Assembly (NCBI RefSeq): GCF_018350175.1
Contig: NC_058368.1
Span: forward strand, 94,676,001-94,740,000
Direction: 5' to 3'
Length of the DNA stretch: 64,000 bases
DNA from: Felis catus
Taxonomy: Eukaryota
The notes under the pieces are model-generated. The model worked only from the letters and a program-made list of their open reading frames with translations. It did not search any database and was not told the DNA's origin. Below are positions 49,873-62,775 of the stretch, piece after piece; within the stretch, counting starts at the first letter, position 1, and the number at the start of each line of letters is the position of its first letter. The translations under genes and the position numbers were made by a program.

Positions 49873-49900
49873 CCATAGCTGTCAAAACCTTGTATTTCAG
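49873..49900 (+). other. Candidate 28-nt exon
   Basis: Long U tract plus ggcag acceptor; donor CAG|gtaaca. Confidence 0.22.
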
Positions 49901-50087
49901 GTAACATAGTACTAGGGAATTTGAAGGATGGAAAATAGAAGTTTAAATGCTTTGAGTCGTGGTATCAGAAGGAAACAGTAATGAAAGTCTAATAATGAAT
50001 TACAATTTTCAAGGAAGTATTCCTAGTTTTCAGCACACTAGAAAACTAACAGAATTTTTTTGTAGATGTTGTTGTCTGTTCACGTAA

Positions 50088-50250
50088 TTTTTTTAAATGT
50101 TTATTTGAGAGAGAGGGAGAGAGAATCCCAAGCAGGCCTCCTGTGAGCACAGAGCCCAACACAGGGCTCGAACTCATGAACCGTGGCATCATGACCTGAG
50201 CCAAAATCAAAGAGTCCTAACACTTAACCGACCAAGCCATCCAGGTGCCC
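50088..50250 (-). mobile_element. CanSINE
   Basis: SINEC; TSD ctgttcac(g/a)taattttt. Confidence 0.92.
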
Positions 50251-50329
50251 CTGTTCACATAATTTTTATTATGAAAAGATGTAATTTGTAATAGGCATGT
50301 ATTCTTGATATCCTGAAAAACACCCTTTC

Positions 50330-50751
50330 GGTTTTCCTTTGAAGAATCCACCGTTTCCCTGCTCTTGGGGTCAGGTCTCACTGACCACCCATCTCAGAGA
50401 TGGTGTATGTGACTTACGTTAATCAGCAGCAAGCACCTTGCACCTCCTTGGACACATTAATTGGTCCAGGTTGAGTAAGTACAGATCAGTATGCAGCGCC
50501 TTCAAGGTCTACTATAGCCTCACACATCACAGGGGGCCTGAGGAGGAGACCAACATCTCAGGAAGTAGAACTAAGAGAATGGAGAGAGAGAAACTGAGTC
50601 GTGGTTATATATTTTGAAGCCTAAATCCAGTTATTTCTGAAGCTATCCCTATTCCTCCACTTTTTAAAAACATTTTCTTATTTATTTATTTTGAATAAAA
50701 ATAATATTCAAGAGGGAGGGAGGGAGGCAGGGAGGGAGGGAGGGAGGGAGG

Positions 50752-50797
<46 letters not shown>

Positions 50798-51064
50798 GCA
50801 AGCACACACACAAACAGGGGAGAGGCAGAGAAGGAGACACAGAATCCCAAGCAGGCTCCATGCCATCAGTGCAGAGCCCAGTGTGGGACTCGAACTCATG
50901 AACTGTGAGATGGTAACCTGAGCCAGGATCAAGAGTTGGATGCTTAACTGACTGAGCCACCCAGGCGCCCCTCCTACGCTTTTAATCCTGTGAGACAACG
51001 TTACTACCTTTTTGCTTATGCCAGTTGGGTTAGGTTTTTTGTCACTGGCAATCAAGAGTTCTAG
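50330..51064 (+). mobile_element. MaLR LTR (MLT1K/L-like) with nested SINE
   Basis: attggtccagg..., gagagagaaactgagtc..., ttgcttatgccagttgggttaggttttttgtcactggcaatcaagagttcta. Confidence 0.7.
50662..50971 (-). mobile_element. CanSINE with (GGGA)n(GA)n expansion
   Basis: Full SINEC. Confidence 0.94.
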
Positions 51065-51619
51065 TTCCTTTGGAATGTGAATGCTGCATCATCTTGAATT
51101 TTTTCATGATACATTGCAACAACATTTTAAGACTAACTTTTAGTTTATATCTTAATTACATACTGTTTTCATATATGAAATATTAATAAAGAAAAGCAGC
51201 TAAGACTTGAAGGTGACGTACGAATCCAGAAAGAGATGACTAGGAAAATTCAAACCTTCAATTCTGTAAGCACTTTGAAGTAGCTGCATTTTTACTTTCT
51301 ATATGATTTAAATCTCTCAAACATGAATTTGGGAAATGCAAACTTAAAAAGAATAGGTAGGTCATGTAAAATGTGTATGTAAAAGAATAAAATTAAAACA
51401 AACATATTACAGACAGTTGCTGGATTATTTGCAGACATCTGATCTGTAATAAGCGTTTCCCTACATTTTATACTGTCTTGTTGCCTTATTATATAACTGT
51501 CTCTGGTTTTGACATTGTACCATTGTGATTTTCTATCAGACATCATCACGGAAAATAGGACTTCATGAAACAGAGTCATACTACTTTCAGATTTTGTACA
51601 TAGATAGATATCCTAAGTA

Positions 51620-51785
51620 GGGATGCCTGAGTGGCTCTGTCAGTTAAGCGTCTGACTTTGGCTCGGGTCACAATTTCACAGTTCATGAGTTTGAGCCTAG
51701 CCTCAGGCTCTGCACTTACAGCGCAGAACCTGCTTCGAATCTCCCCCACTCACACATGTGCACAAAATAAATAAACATTAAAATT
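51620..51785 (+). mobile_element. CanSINE (short)
   Basis: gggatgcctgagtggctc...aaaataaataaacatt. Confidence 0.9.
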
Positions 51786-51999
51786 ATCTATAAATATTGC
51801 CTTTAACTGCCCCAAACTCGTTCTAGATCCCTGTATTTTCACCCTTCACTAGTCATCTTGAGCTGAAATTGAAACTGCTTTTCTTCATTTACCTTCTTGG
51901 TTCCCACATCCTCGGGCACTGGAGTGGAGGAAGAAAAGAACTAATAAATGAAGGCATTCCCCAGGGAGGATGACCTCAAGAGCAAACCCTCAGAAGCCT

Positions 52000-52450
52000 G
52001 TTAGTAAGGATTCTTTTGGGTGCTAACATCCTGTTGTGAGCTAACTTACATGAAGTTAGTCACCGGGTCAGGTAGCAGCTCTGAAACACGAAGACGCAAA
52101 TCTCTAACCTCAGTCATGGCAGGATTCAGGGGCTCAGGCAGTGTCATCACAGCTTTGGGTCTGCATCCTTCAGCACTGCCTTCTTCTTGTCGGCTTTGTC
52201 TCCAGCAGGTACCGTCCATGGACGGCACGCGCCCAGATGTATATCATTCTCACAGTCCCAGATTTCAGATAAGTGTGAATGACTGTTGTTTTTCCAAGTG
52301 GCAATCAAAAATCTCTAGGGAAAAAAAAAAAAAAGGCACTGACCCTCCTTGGTCCTTGTCACCAGGATTGGGGGGAGGCCACAGGATTGATTAGTATCGC
52401 ACTGAACTGGACTAGTGATATTTCCAAAAAAGCAACGATGCCAGTGAGGA
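52000..52450 (-). mobile_element. MaLR LTR remnant (older MLT1)
   Basis: gttagtaaggattcttttggg...ggattcaggggctcaggcagtgtcatca...gcactgccttcttc...ggcttt. Confidence 0.55.
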
Positions 52451-52719
52451 AAGTACACGTGTCCTCTTCAAGAGGGCTGATCTCCTTCTCACAGCAAGCT
52501 GTTCTCTTACTTTTCCTTCACTATCTACTGTACCGTTCTTGACTTCAGTGAAGTTGCCTCCTTTTTAAAAGATGAAAATACTGCTCCTGGTAGGATTTAG
52601 TTTAGTTATGCTCAGTGTCAATTAGAGCAGAATACTTTCTTCTGATTTATGGCCGGGATCACCTGTGTTGAAGGACTGGGGATTTGGGCCGTGGAAAGTA
52701 AAGTACGTATTTTGAAGCA

Positions 52720-52980
52720 CAGCCATGTGGCCAAGGGGTAGACAGAGTGGACCTTGGAAGCCATGTGGACCTGGGTATGACTTTTCCACTCCCCAGCTGT
52801 ATGACTTGAGGCAGGTCACGTCATTCTTCAAAGCTTGATTTTTTTTTTTTAAACCTGTAAGGTAAAAATGATACCTATCTCATACAGTGAAAATATGAAA
52901 ATTAGTGGTAAACTACGTAAGGCGTTTGTCGCAATGCCTAGCACATAATGGACGACCAGTAAGGGATTGCTGACACTACT
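52720..52980 (+). mobile_element. MIR
   Basis: ccagctgtatgacttgaggcaggtcac...ctgtaaggtaaaaatgatacctatctcat...gcctagcacata. Confidence 0.75.
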
Positions 52981-53378
52981 CTGCCTACTGACAACACTAA
53001 TAATCAACATTTGTCCACTGCCATCCCTGTTTCTAGACAGTCCCCAACTACCTAGAATCAAGAGTTCACAACGGTTCCATAGTTCAGCCCCGTTAAGGTC
53101 CACATTGAATTTTACCAGAATCTGGAAGCCTAAGTGCTGTTCATGACATTGGGTCCATGGAGATATTTTTCTTCCACATGAAGAAAATATATTTTTGTAG
53201 AACTCCTTCTTGAGTGGAGTTAGCCTCCATTTGCTGTGTCTTTAAATTGTATCCCATTGTACCTTTTATGAGGGGCAGGCAGTCCAACGAATAAGGGTCA
53301 GAATCTGTTTAATGAATGCATAAAGTATATTCACGGAGGCTTTTGACTGCTGTATAAGAACTTGTATCATGATCGTGT

Positions 53379-53438
53379 GGCTTGCTTTAGGGGCTGCTTA
53401 ACTGGGAGGCTTGCTTTGGGGGCTGCTTAACTGGGAGG
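53379..53438. repeat. 29-bp tandem duplication
   Basis: ggcttgcttt(a/g)ggggctgcttaactggga twice (53379-53407 and 53408-53436), one mismatch. Confidence 0.95.
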
Positions 53439-53747
53439 AGCTACACGTGAAATTTCAAGCTTTTTCATTTTGTCTGTGTATTCAGATGTTTAGCATTTCA
53501 CTTTAAAAGTCCTGTCAAAACTTGCGGCCCTTTATAGTGGTGGGCTGGTGGACTCAGTATGAGGAAGTGTGGTTATGGTAAGCAGGCAAGGAATTCTCCT
53601 GGAGACTCTCTTATCGTTGTGAACGCGGATCTCTATGAAAGCTGCACAGATATGCCAGGATACATGTACACAGCCAAATTGCAGGTGGTCGAGTGAATCT
53701 GTTGTCCCTGGTTTTATCAATAATATACAGTGCAGATGGATATTTTT

Positions 53748-53844
53748 TAAGGGTTTAAATAAAATAACTTTAAATTTTTTTAAAGTTAGCTAACATACAG
53801 GGTGTACAGTGTGCTCTTGGCTTCAGGAGTAGATTCCCATGATT
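53748..53844 (-). mobile_element. Very short carnivore L1 3'-end insertion
   Basis: gttagctaacatacag...ttggcttcaggagtaga...gatt; TSD cagatggatattttt at 53733-53747 and 53845-53859. Confidence 0.75.
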
Positions 53845-54145
53845 CAGATGGATATTTTTAAAGGCTATTTGTATTCAGAGAATTTAGAGTAATTGTACTT
53901 ATGCATATTTGCAAAAGTTATTTTCCACTTTCAACTGCTTTGTTGTCAGTGAGAGAAAAATCGTGGATAAATAATCTTACACACAGAGCCATAAGGGTGA
54001 CTTTCTAGTATAAAAATCTTAATAGCCAAATCTGTTAATACTCCCTATGCCTGTGCTGGTTAATGTAGGTGATTATCCCATGAGGTTAAGGTGTCAGAGT
54101 TACAAAGTTGATATTGTACTGGTTTCATTTAAGAAAGAAAGTTAA

Positions 54146-54345
54146 GGGCGCCTGGGTGGCTCAGTTGGTTGAGCATCCAACTCTTGGTTTCAGCTAGGTC
54201 ATGATTTCACAATTCGTGAGTTCGAGCCCCGTGTCAGGCTCTGTGCTAACAGTGCAGAGCCTACTTAGGGTTCTCTTTCTCTCCCTCTCTCTTCCCCTCC
54301 CATGCTTTCTCTTTCTCTCTCAAATTAAATAAATTTAAAAAAAAG
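54146..54345 (+). mobile_element. CanSINE
   Basis: Full SINEC; TSD aagaaagaaagt. Confidence 0.94.
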
Positions 54346-56017
54346 AAAGAAAGTACACTTTATTATTTATGGGTATAAATTGTGTACGGCGTGCTGTTTT
54401 CAAACATCCCTCATGGTGTTATTAGTCACAGAAATATGTATGTGTATATGAATGGCTCATTCTAGTCTAATGTAATGATTGGGGAAATAGCTAATACGGT
54501 ATATTCTGAATTATGTGCCTGGGTAGCATATTATTAATTTTCAAATTTACCAAGAAGGCACTAAAAACCTAACAAATAATGGATATTGGTTTTGTGTGAC
54601 AGATGATTTTCTAAATAAAGCTTAGAAGCGTTGCTATACCTGTATTCCTGTCTTTCAATATGTACATGAGTAACATCTTGATGTTGAGTGTTTTCCCTTT
54701 ATAGATTGTTAGTAAATTTGTATCAGAAGTATATAATCAAGAAAGGGTAATTGTTTCTGCCAAATATCTATCTTTTTTTATCTTTTCTGCAGTAAACACT
54801 TCTGGCATTTTTTAATGTGAGGATGTCTTTCACATTTCACATAATGTGGTTTACAATGATAGGATCTTCATCATGTTCAGTTTTGGAAGAGACCATAAAG
54901 GTCATTTCATTCATTCCCCCGTCCATTTGATGGTAATGTGCTTTGTAGGTTTACTATGAAATTAACACCTTGGGTAACATTTTTTTTTTTATACTTTCTC
55001 AAATGTCCTTGACTTTTCTTGTAAACAGTTTGTTTTTTCCCTTTCTTGCCAATAAGAATTATAAGTACAGCCGAGGACAGAATTTTATTTTTATAGAAAT
55101 AGAGCATCTGTGGAAGAATTCCGCTACTTTAGCTACCTTTATGAAAGTGCAGTGAAGTCTCAGTTACCATATCGGCCCCCATGGAGGTGGCCAGTTACCG
55201 TCTGAGCAGAATTCATTTCAGATATGGAAGCATGGGGAGCACGTTGCACAACCTGCCTACGTTAAGTGTGGAGCTAGAGGTAGAGGTAGACTTGAAGCCT
55301 ACTAGCCCCGGTTCTCAAGTCAGTTCAGAGCCAGAGCGATAGGTGCTTTCTTTCCTCGTGGTTATCACCTGGAAGGCTTGAAACCAAAGATGTAAAGCGA
55401 GTTGCCCCACATCGTGTCCCCCTCCCCTCACAGACATAGTCTCAGTGAATTTTGGTCATTTTTTTTCCACTGCATATGTACACACCCCACACGCAGTTTT
55501 GATTAGCTCTAGAAAAACTCAAGCCTTAAGGCAAGTTATCTTCAGAAATGTCCATTGCTCCCCTTAAAGGGAAAGACTTCAATTATTAGTTACAGTTGGA
55601 GAAAGAAGAGGAAACCTAGAGGGGGCACTTTAATTGTCAAGTACAATTTGATTTCATCCTTGCTATATATTGGAGATGTGTGCTTTCCAGTAGATGTTCA
55701 CCTGTGATTGCCAGTGTCTTGCCTTTACCTGATGCTATAAAGGATTCCTAATACTGTACTGACATCGGTTTGGTTGCTGTGGAAATCATTGTAATGTCAT
55801 AAGCTGACACCCTGACAATACTGTAGCATTAAAGGAAGGGAATAAGAAGTTGCTGTTTGGTTTGGAGTCTATAAAGCAGATTCCTGGAAGGTCTTTGATT
55901 TATCCAAAGTTATATAGCCTGTGAATGCCAGAAGTGGGACTAGAACCTAAATTTTTGCACTCTCAATCCAATTTTCTTTCTCCCGTGCTAAACTCTACTT
56001 TTCTGAAAAGGAATATG

Positions 56018-56235
56018 AGGGGTGCCTGGGTGGCTCAGTCGGTCGAACATCCAATTCTTGGTTTCGGCTCGGGTCATGATCTTCGCGGTTTGTTGAGATC
56101 AAGCCCTGCATCTCGCTCTGTGATGACAGTGCCTGTTTGGGATTCTCTGCCTCTCTCTATTTCTGCCCCTCCCCTGCTTGTGCGCTCCCTCTCTTTCTTT
56201 CTCAAAAATAAATAAATACACTTAAAAAAAATAAA
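56018..56235 (+). mobile_element. CanSINE
   Basis: Full SINEC; TSD aaaaggaatat. Confidence 0.93.
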
Positions 56236-57467
56236 AGGAATATAAACTGGTTCATATAGGGAAATGTTACACTGAGGCTTAAGTTAGTGTTTCTGATCCT
56301 ATACTGATTTAGGTGTTTTCTGTTCTTCTCCTCTTCTCTGTACCTTCTTCTTTGATTTTCCTTTTGAACCTGTTTCCTCTGCTGAATAGTTACATATAAA
56401 TGGCAAGTATTTGTACTGCTTTGAGGAAAAAATAATGTCTAATAATGTAACCCTTTCTTATATCATAGGCAGAAGGAGAACTGGAACACAAATGTGTCTT
56501 TCCTTTTGCTCACTGGAATTTACAGAATACATGAAAATCAATTGTAATATGCAAACAAAAGCATCATGCAGTCACAGCTTATATGCTTAATAAGAATTCA
56601 GCACGATAATTAAATTGCAAAGTTTAGCATCATTGTACTTCATTTTCCCATGAATATTTGAACTTACTTATAACGGATGTCTGCGTGTGAACTTGTTATT
56701 TACTGTGGAGGTCGGAATATAGGATATTAAAGAAGACATTCAAGTAGAACTTGATTTGCCTTATGAGCTCCCAGGTTCCCACAGCAATTTTAGGCAACAC
56801 ATGCTGCTTTACTGGAAGAGTAACTAGAGGATAGAGTCTGATCACTCTCTACCTCCCCTGGTAAGCCTTCTGTTTGTTTTGTGAATTTAGTAGCTAAAGG
56901 TGCATGATAAAACTTACCATCTCTGTTAGATGCTGCTAAATCAGACGGTAATAAAATGGCTCCCAGGCTCCAGCAGCTCTCCTTTTTATTCCATTAAACA
57001 TCGATTTCCTAGATGGTCATACATATGGTGTGTCTAAAACCTTACTCGGAAAGTGCTAAAATCCACGACGTCCATTTTAAACTCCAAGTGCAAGGGAGGA
57101 GGGAGCTTCCTCATAAGTGTACACGTTCTTCCAACAAATGCAAGAAAACAGAATTTTTGGTAGAAATTTATCATTACTTTTCTGACCATCATATGATTTG
57201 CCTGGCAATATAAAACGATTCCCTACAGTCCCTCCCATTTAATTGCTGGAGCAGAAAAGTACATTAAATCTTAATTAGCCATACTACCTATGGTAGCATC
57301 TGGTGTTATTGAGTTTTCGCCGGCATCTAGAAGCGGCACGGTAATCATTCCTTACCTGGAGGAAGATTCCACCATTCTGTTTCATTTGGTAATTTTTCTC
57401 GTCTTTCTTTCATTACATGATTTGTTGAACAAAAAGTGTATATTCAGGCACATGATTCATTACAAAG

Positions 57468-57601
57468 ATATACACATGCATGCATACACATGTGCATACA
57501 TACAGACATGTTCACAACATATATGTTGTGTGTATATATATACATGTATGTATGTATTTTATATATATGCATATGTGTGTGTTGTGTGTGTGTGTGTGTG
57601 T
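57468..57601. repeat. Degenerate (CA/TA/TG)n purine-pyrimidine tract
   Basis: Alternating RY sequence ending in (TG)n. Confidence 0.85.
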
Positions 57602-58687
57602 TCCTGTCTAAATAGTATAGCATTGTATACCTTGGTAAAACATAAAATAACAACCAAAAAATAAGGTTGTGGTGGCTTCTTTTAAAGAAACCTAAGACAT
57701 GACATCAGTTTCTTGAGCACCTTCACAACACAGATGTTAGGAAAAGTTGAGGATTGTTAATATGGTTTAGACATTTTGGTTTTTCCTTTTCTTTCTGCAT
57801 CCTCTCAGTTACATATTTGCTTCCTGTTATTCGCAGTGTTCCTTATTTGTCTGAAACACTTTCCATTCCACCTCCACTGCTTCTCTTCTCTCCTTTGTTA
57901 GTTTACATGCATTACTGACATGCTAGAATCTGAAAGTGAAAAGGAAATTCGGAAACAAAGCTGAATAAAATCTCATCATTCTTAATTCTGAAGATGGTTG
58001 CCTGAAATTATTAGCTCATTGCTGAATTGTCTTCAAGTCAAGCATTCAGCATATCAGCTCCTAGGTGGTTCAAAATTAGTTGATAGTCGCAGTATATGCC
58101 CGTGTATTGTGCACTATTCCTGAAGGAGATTTCCGCAGGTTGATCGTGAATTTTGGGCCAGCTGAACTTTTAAACTTGCTAATCCATTTGTTCCACTGAG
58201 TAGTCTTAGAGTTGAAATAGCAGTTTCCACTTCACTTATGTGTAGGTGAACCCATGCACACATTTATCATTGATTTCCAGCCCTGAAACTATGTAGAAGT
58301 TAGAAGAGTTTGCTCGCTTATATTTAAAGGAGGGAGACCATTTTGAGGGTGTTTTCCTGAAAATATGATTGGTGAAATAAAAATTAAAATTCATATTTAC
58401 TTTATGGGAAATAAACTATCAGAAGCAAACCTCTTTTGCCGATACTTGAGTTAGATACATTCCGACCAAGACAGGTTCTTCTTCTGTCTGACTTTCCTTT
58501 GAGAAGCAGGGACACTCCGTGATGTTGGGCTGACAGGCACGAGGAAGCAATCAGCGCTCCCCCTCTTTCTTCCTCTCAAAATATTATGAATGGAAATGTT
58601 GTGTTCAGATAACTGCAACACTATGATATAGCTTTTTTCTTCCCCTATTTTAGTGAACCTTTTTAATTTTTTAAGAATTAAGGTGAG

Positions 58688-58870
58688 TGGGGACCCCTGG
58701 GTGGCTCAGTTGGTTGAGTGTCCAACTTTGGCTCAAGTCATCATCTCACAGTTCGTGAGTTTGAGCCCCACATGGGGCTCGCTGCTATCTGCATAGAGCC
58801 CGCTTCGGATGTTCTGCACCCCTCTCTCTCTTCCCCCCTCTCTCTCAAAAATAAATAAGCTTTTAAAAGA
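58688..58870 (+). mobile_element. CanSINE
   Basis: SINEC; TSD-like aagaattaaggt(g/t)agtg. Confidence 0.92.
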
Positions 58871-58923
58871 AAGAATTAAGGTTAGTGAACTTGAAGAGAC
58901 CATCTGAAGTACTTTTTATTTTA

Positions 58924-58951
58924 TTGAATTGAATTGAATTGAATTGAATTG
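58924..58951. repeat. (TTGAA)n microsatellite
   Basis: About 5.5 units. Confidence 0.9.
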
Positions 58952-59519
58952 GGTAGATTTCTCCGTTAATAAAATTGTTGCCTTACTATGTGCATTGCAT
59001 TATATGTTAAAATCTGGAATACTTTTGGTCCTTTTACTCCTATAATGTTGAAATAATAATTTAATTTCTAGGTATTATAAATGTCTAATAGCTGTGTTTT
59101 GAATTGATATGAATTGCATTATGTTTTCTTACTAATAGTTGAGATGAATCTATATAACCAAGTCTGGGCCCACTGAAATGAGTAATCTCCAGTATAGTAG
59201 TAGGGGTAGAGATTTCTTGAACGGCTGGATTCTTCTTGTTGGTCCTTCAAGAGATTGCATAAAGATAAGACAGGTGCTCTATCTCACTCGTCAGATTTTC
59301 TGAATGAATTTCAGAACATTGCCTTATCAGAGAGGGGTGAAAATCTCTCTCTCTCTTTTTTTTTTTTTTTTTTTTTATATCGCACTCACCACCTCCGGTA
59401 TTGTTTTTCATTCTTTCTTTTGGCCATTATTTAACTAGACCCTACCATGAGCCAGGCATTGTTCAAAGCTCTACCAATAAGTGACCATAATAGTTCTTCA
59501 TGAAGTTGCGATTTAGTAG

Positions 59520-59730
59520 ATACGGTATGTAAGAATGTAGATTCCAAAGTCACACTACCTTGGTTTTACTCTTGGTTGCACCTAACCATCTGTGATTGGA
59601 TGGGTCACCTAACCATCTGTGTCAGGTTCCTCCCTTCTACAATGAATATCACAACTCTATATTAAATGAGATAAAGCAGAGCTTAAATGAGATAACACCG
59701 ATCACACTGAAGTTAGGAAAGGGAACATCT
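59520..59730 (+). mobile_element. MIR remnant
   Basis: gggtcacctaaccatctgtgtcaggttcctccc...ttaaatgagataa. Confidence 0.6.
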
Positions 59731-61419
59731 GGGCTCCTATCTTTAACCCACAAAAGTGAGTCGACCAGCTTTATTCAATTTATAATCACTTTATTTCACT
59801 TTGGGAGCCTTTTCCCAGCTCTCCTATAATGTTGGGAGTATACTCTGTTCACCTTTCCTTGTTTATTTCAAAAGCTCCTTATTTAACGTCTCCTGGCTGG
59901 ACATAGCCATACATGTAACACCCAGGACTCCCTGTTACACACACTGTGTAGTCATGGGCAGTTACTCCTTCCTTGTACATGTTGCTAATGGGGATTATTC
60001 ATTTATTTATTTGAGTGAGACTGTATGGTGTCTTTTCAGTTGTGTATTATTTGTCTCTTATTGTAAGCCCTTAGAAGGGAAGAGACTATAGCAGTCTACA
60101 CGGTAGGCATTTAATAATGGAAATAAGTAAAAACAATTTCCACTTTCAATAGAAGTGAGCATAAGCTTTTTCTCACCAGGCCCTTTATGTGGTTAAGAAC
60201 AAACAGGGCTGTCAGAACTGTCCTATTATCTCATGCTTTAGATTCAGAGGCATACCTGTTTCTATTGAACCTTTTGTAGAAGGAGTTGCCTTTTTTTTTT
60301 CCCTTCTTAAAACGTTTACAGTTCTCACTGTATTTGTGGGATGCAGGTGCAATTTCTCCAATTGTAGCTCATTTGTTAGCTTAAACATTGGGAGTGTCTG
60401 TTTTATTGTGAGTGGTAATTTTCTGAATTTTTACTTTTGTTTTGCTTTTTTATTTTTCTGTGAGATTCTTACTCTCTTTTCACAATTATTAGCATACACA
60501 CATTTGATTCCTTTCCCATAGCCATTCACCTTTTCCCGTCTTGCTCTAATGCCTTTCACAGCTATACAAGTAGATTAATAAATATTCTTCTTTCTTCTTC
60601 TAATTTTATGTGGAATGTTTCATTTTTCTTTTGTAATCTTCCTTTCTTTACAGAAACAAGAATCAACTGTAACGCTTCCTGGATAAGTACATACCAAGGC
60701 TTTGTAAACCTGGCATTTGAAATTTTTATTGTTGTTCAAGAGAAAAGGTTGTCTGAACTGACCACCAACCACATAGGCTGCCATTTTGGTGCAACAAATC
60801 TGTCAGTTAAGACAGATTTTCCAGATAGTATTTCTTGGCATAATAAAAGCAAAGCTGCAGAGTACTCTGTATGATTTTTAGTTCTAAAGAAGTAACGTGA
60901 AAGTATTGCTGTTCTTACCTTGTAGCGCAAAAGTAAGCTAGAAGAGTTAGACTTGTTATTTGTCTATTCATATTGTTAGGTTAGTGGTACTGGCTCTCAT
61001 GTGGTGGTATCACTAAACTTAAACCAAATTACCTACCTCCTTGTTGAATTACCAGAAGTCAAAATCAAAACCCTGAGGAAAAAGTCAACACTAAAAATAG
61101 AATAGTAATTGGTAATAGTGACCTAAAAGGCGATAATAAGATTATGTATGTATATACACACACAAACACACGTATATACAGACATATTTGTGTGTATTTG
61201 TTTCACTTATAAATCTTTTTCTCCAGGAAGAATAATAATTCTTTGTTTACAAAGTAACTATCGACTGATTGTTGGGATGACAACAGAGGAAGATTTGAAA
61301 TGCAGTCTAAGTATTATTATAGAGAACATACTCTGTACTCTGAGGACTGCCTAATAAATTAGTGTGCATCTGTTGACAGGTAATAGATCATTCTACAAAC
61401 TTGTTAGTAGATATTGTTA

Positions 61420-61985
61420 TTCATCCAGTCAAACATTCATGAATAGTCTGTCATAATCAGTGTATTCACACCCCACATCCAGTCCATCACAAATCATGTT
61501 GTCTCCACGTTCAGAATATGCATATGTTAAATGTCACTGCTCCCTACCTTTATCACTACTTCCTTCCTTTGGAACCTTTTTTCACCTTTTTAGAGACACC
61601 TTCCCTGTGCATTTTATCTAAAATAAGACCCCACTTCCCACTTCCACATTCTTCCTCTTTATCCTATTTGTTTTCCATAGCGTTTCTACTTTTTGATATT
61701 CTTTCTGTTTTTTAGCTTACATATTAGCTTTGTTTAATTGTTGGTCTTCCCATTAGAATGTGGGTACCATGAGGGTGAGGGATTTGTCCTTGTTATTAAT
61801 CTGATGGTCTCCAAATGTACAACAATGCCTGGCCTACCGCAGGTATTCAGGAAAGTGAATATAGGAAGGAGTGATTGCTGCAGAGATCCAGGAACGTGGT
61901 GCTGGCCGTTTTCACCAGCATCAAGCACAGTGCCTTGACACATTTTAATTTTTAAAAATCAGAGAATGAATGAATGAATGAATGC
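61420..61985 (+). mobile_element. L2 3' fragments
   Basis: ccacatccagtccatcacaaatc; ttcccattagaatgtgggtaccatgagggtgagg; cacagtgccttgacaca; (gaat)n tail. Confidence 0.7.
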
Positions 61986-61994
61986 AGAAATTAG

Positions 61995-62480
61995 ACTTTG
62001 GTATTCCACTTTGGGAACTATTTGGGAACTATTTGTTATTGTCGTCTAAAATGGAACATACATATGCCATGTATCCTGGAAATCCCACTTCTAGGTGAAT
62101 CCCAACTGAAGTACAGAGTTGATCACCAAGAGACACGAACGGTGTTGCTCATGGCAGTACTCTTCATGAGGGCCGCAATGTAGAAACTACCCAAATGCCC
62201 ATGAACAGTAGAATGAATAGATTGTGGTATGGTGATACAATGAAATACTATACACCATTTACAGTATAAATACTACGGCTATATTTAACACCATGGGTAA
62301 ATCACCCAACTACAACGTTGAGTGAAAGAAGCCAAAGGCAAAAGAATATGTATTCGATAATTTTACTTCTTTGAAGTTCAAATCTGTGTTGTTAGATGTC
62401 AGGATAGTATTTACCTTAGAAGGCATAGCACTGGAGGGGGACACGAAGAGAAATTTTCGGGTTCTCCAATGTTTTATACC
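61995..62480 (+). mobile_element. Ancient L1ME-type 3' fragment
   Basis: aatcccacttctaggt...gaaactacccaaatgcccatgaacagtagaatgaata...gttgagtgaaagaagcca. Confidence 0.8.
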
Positions 62481-62760
62481 TTAAAAATACGTTTTGTATT
62501 TAAAGACATTACCACACAACAATCCTAGCCTTAGAAGAACTAACGTAATGAAAGAGCAACAAAGCAACATTGGGCTGAGTAGAATACGTGATGTATAAAA
62601 TGCTTTCAGTAAGCAGAAGCTGGAATCATTAATTTTATTGAGGTATGTGTAAAAAGATGACATTATAAGGACTTTTAATGTCTTTAATATTGCCCTTTGT
62701 TGTAAGTGCCAACGTTTATATAGTGTAAAACTTAAAAGTACTTTTCTTTTTAATTAATAG

Positions 62761-62775
62761 AATCCTCAAAACCAG
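62761..62775 (+). other. Candidate 15-nt microexon (AATCCTCAAAACCAG)
   Basis: cttttctttttaattaatAG acceptor (AG at 62759-62760); perfect donor CAG|GTAAGT; length divisible by 3; no internal stop in any frame. Confidence 0.45.

Noticed and set aside
60912..60955. 19-nt minus-strand exon-like pattern (tcttctag...AAG|gtaaga)
   Set aside because: Opposite to the inferred gene strand, very short pyrimidine tract, and not 3n.
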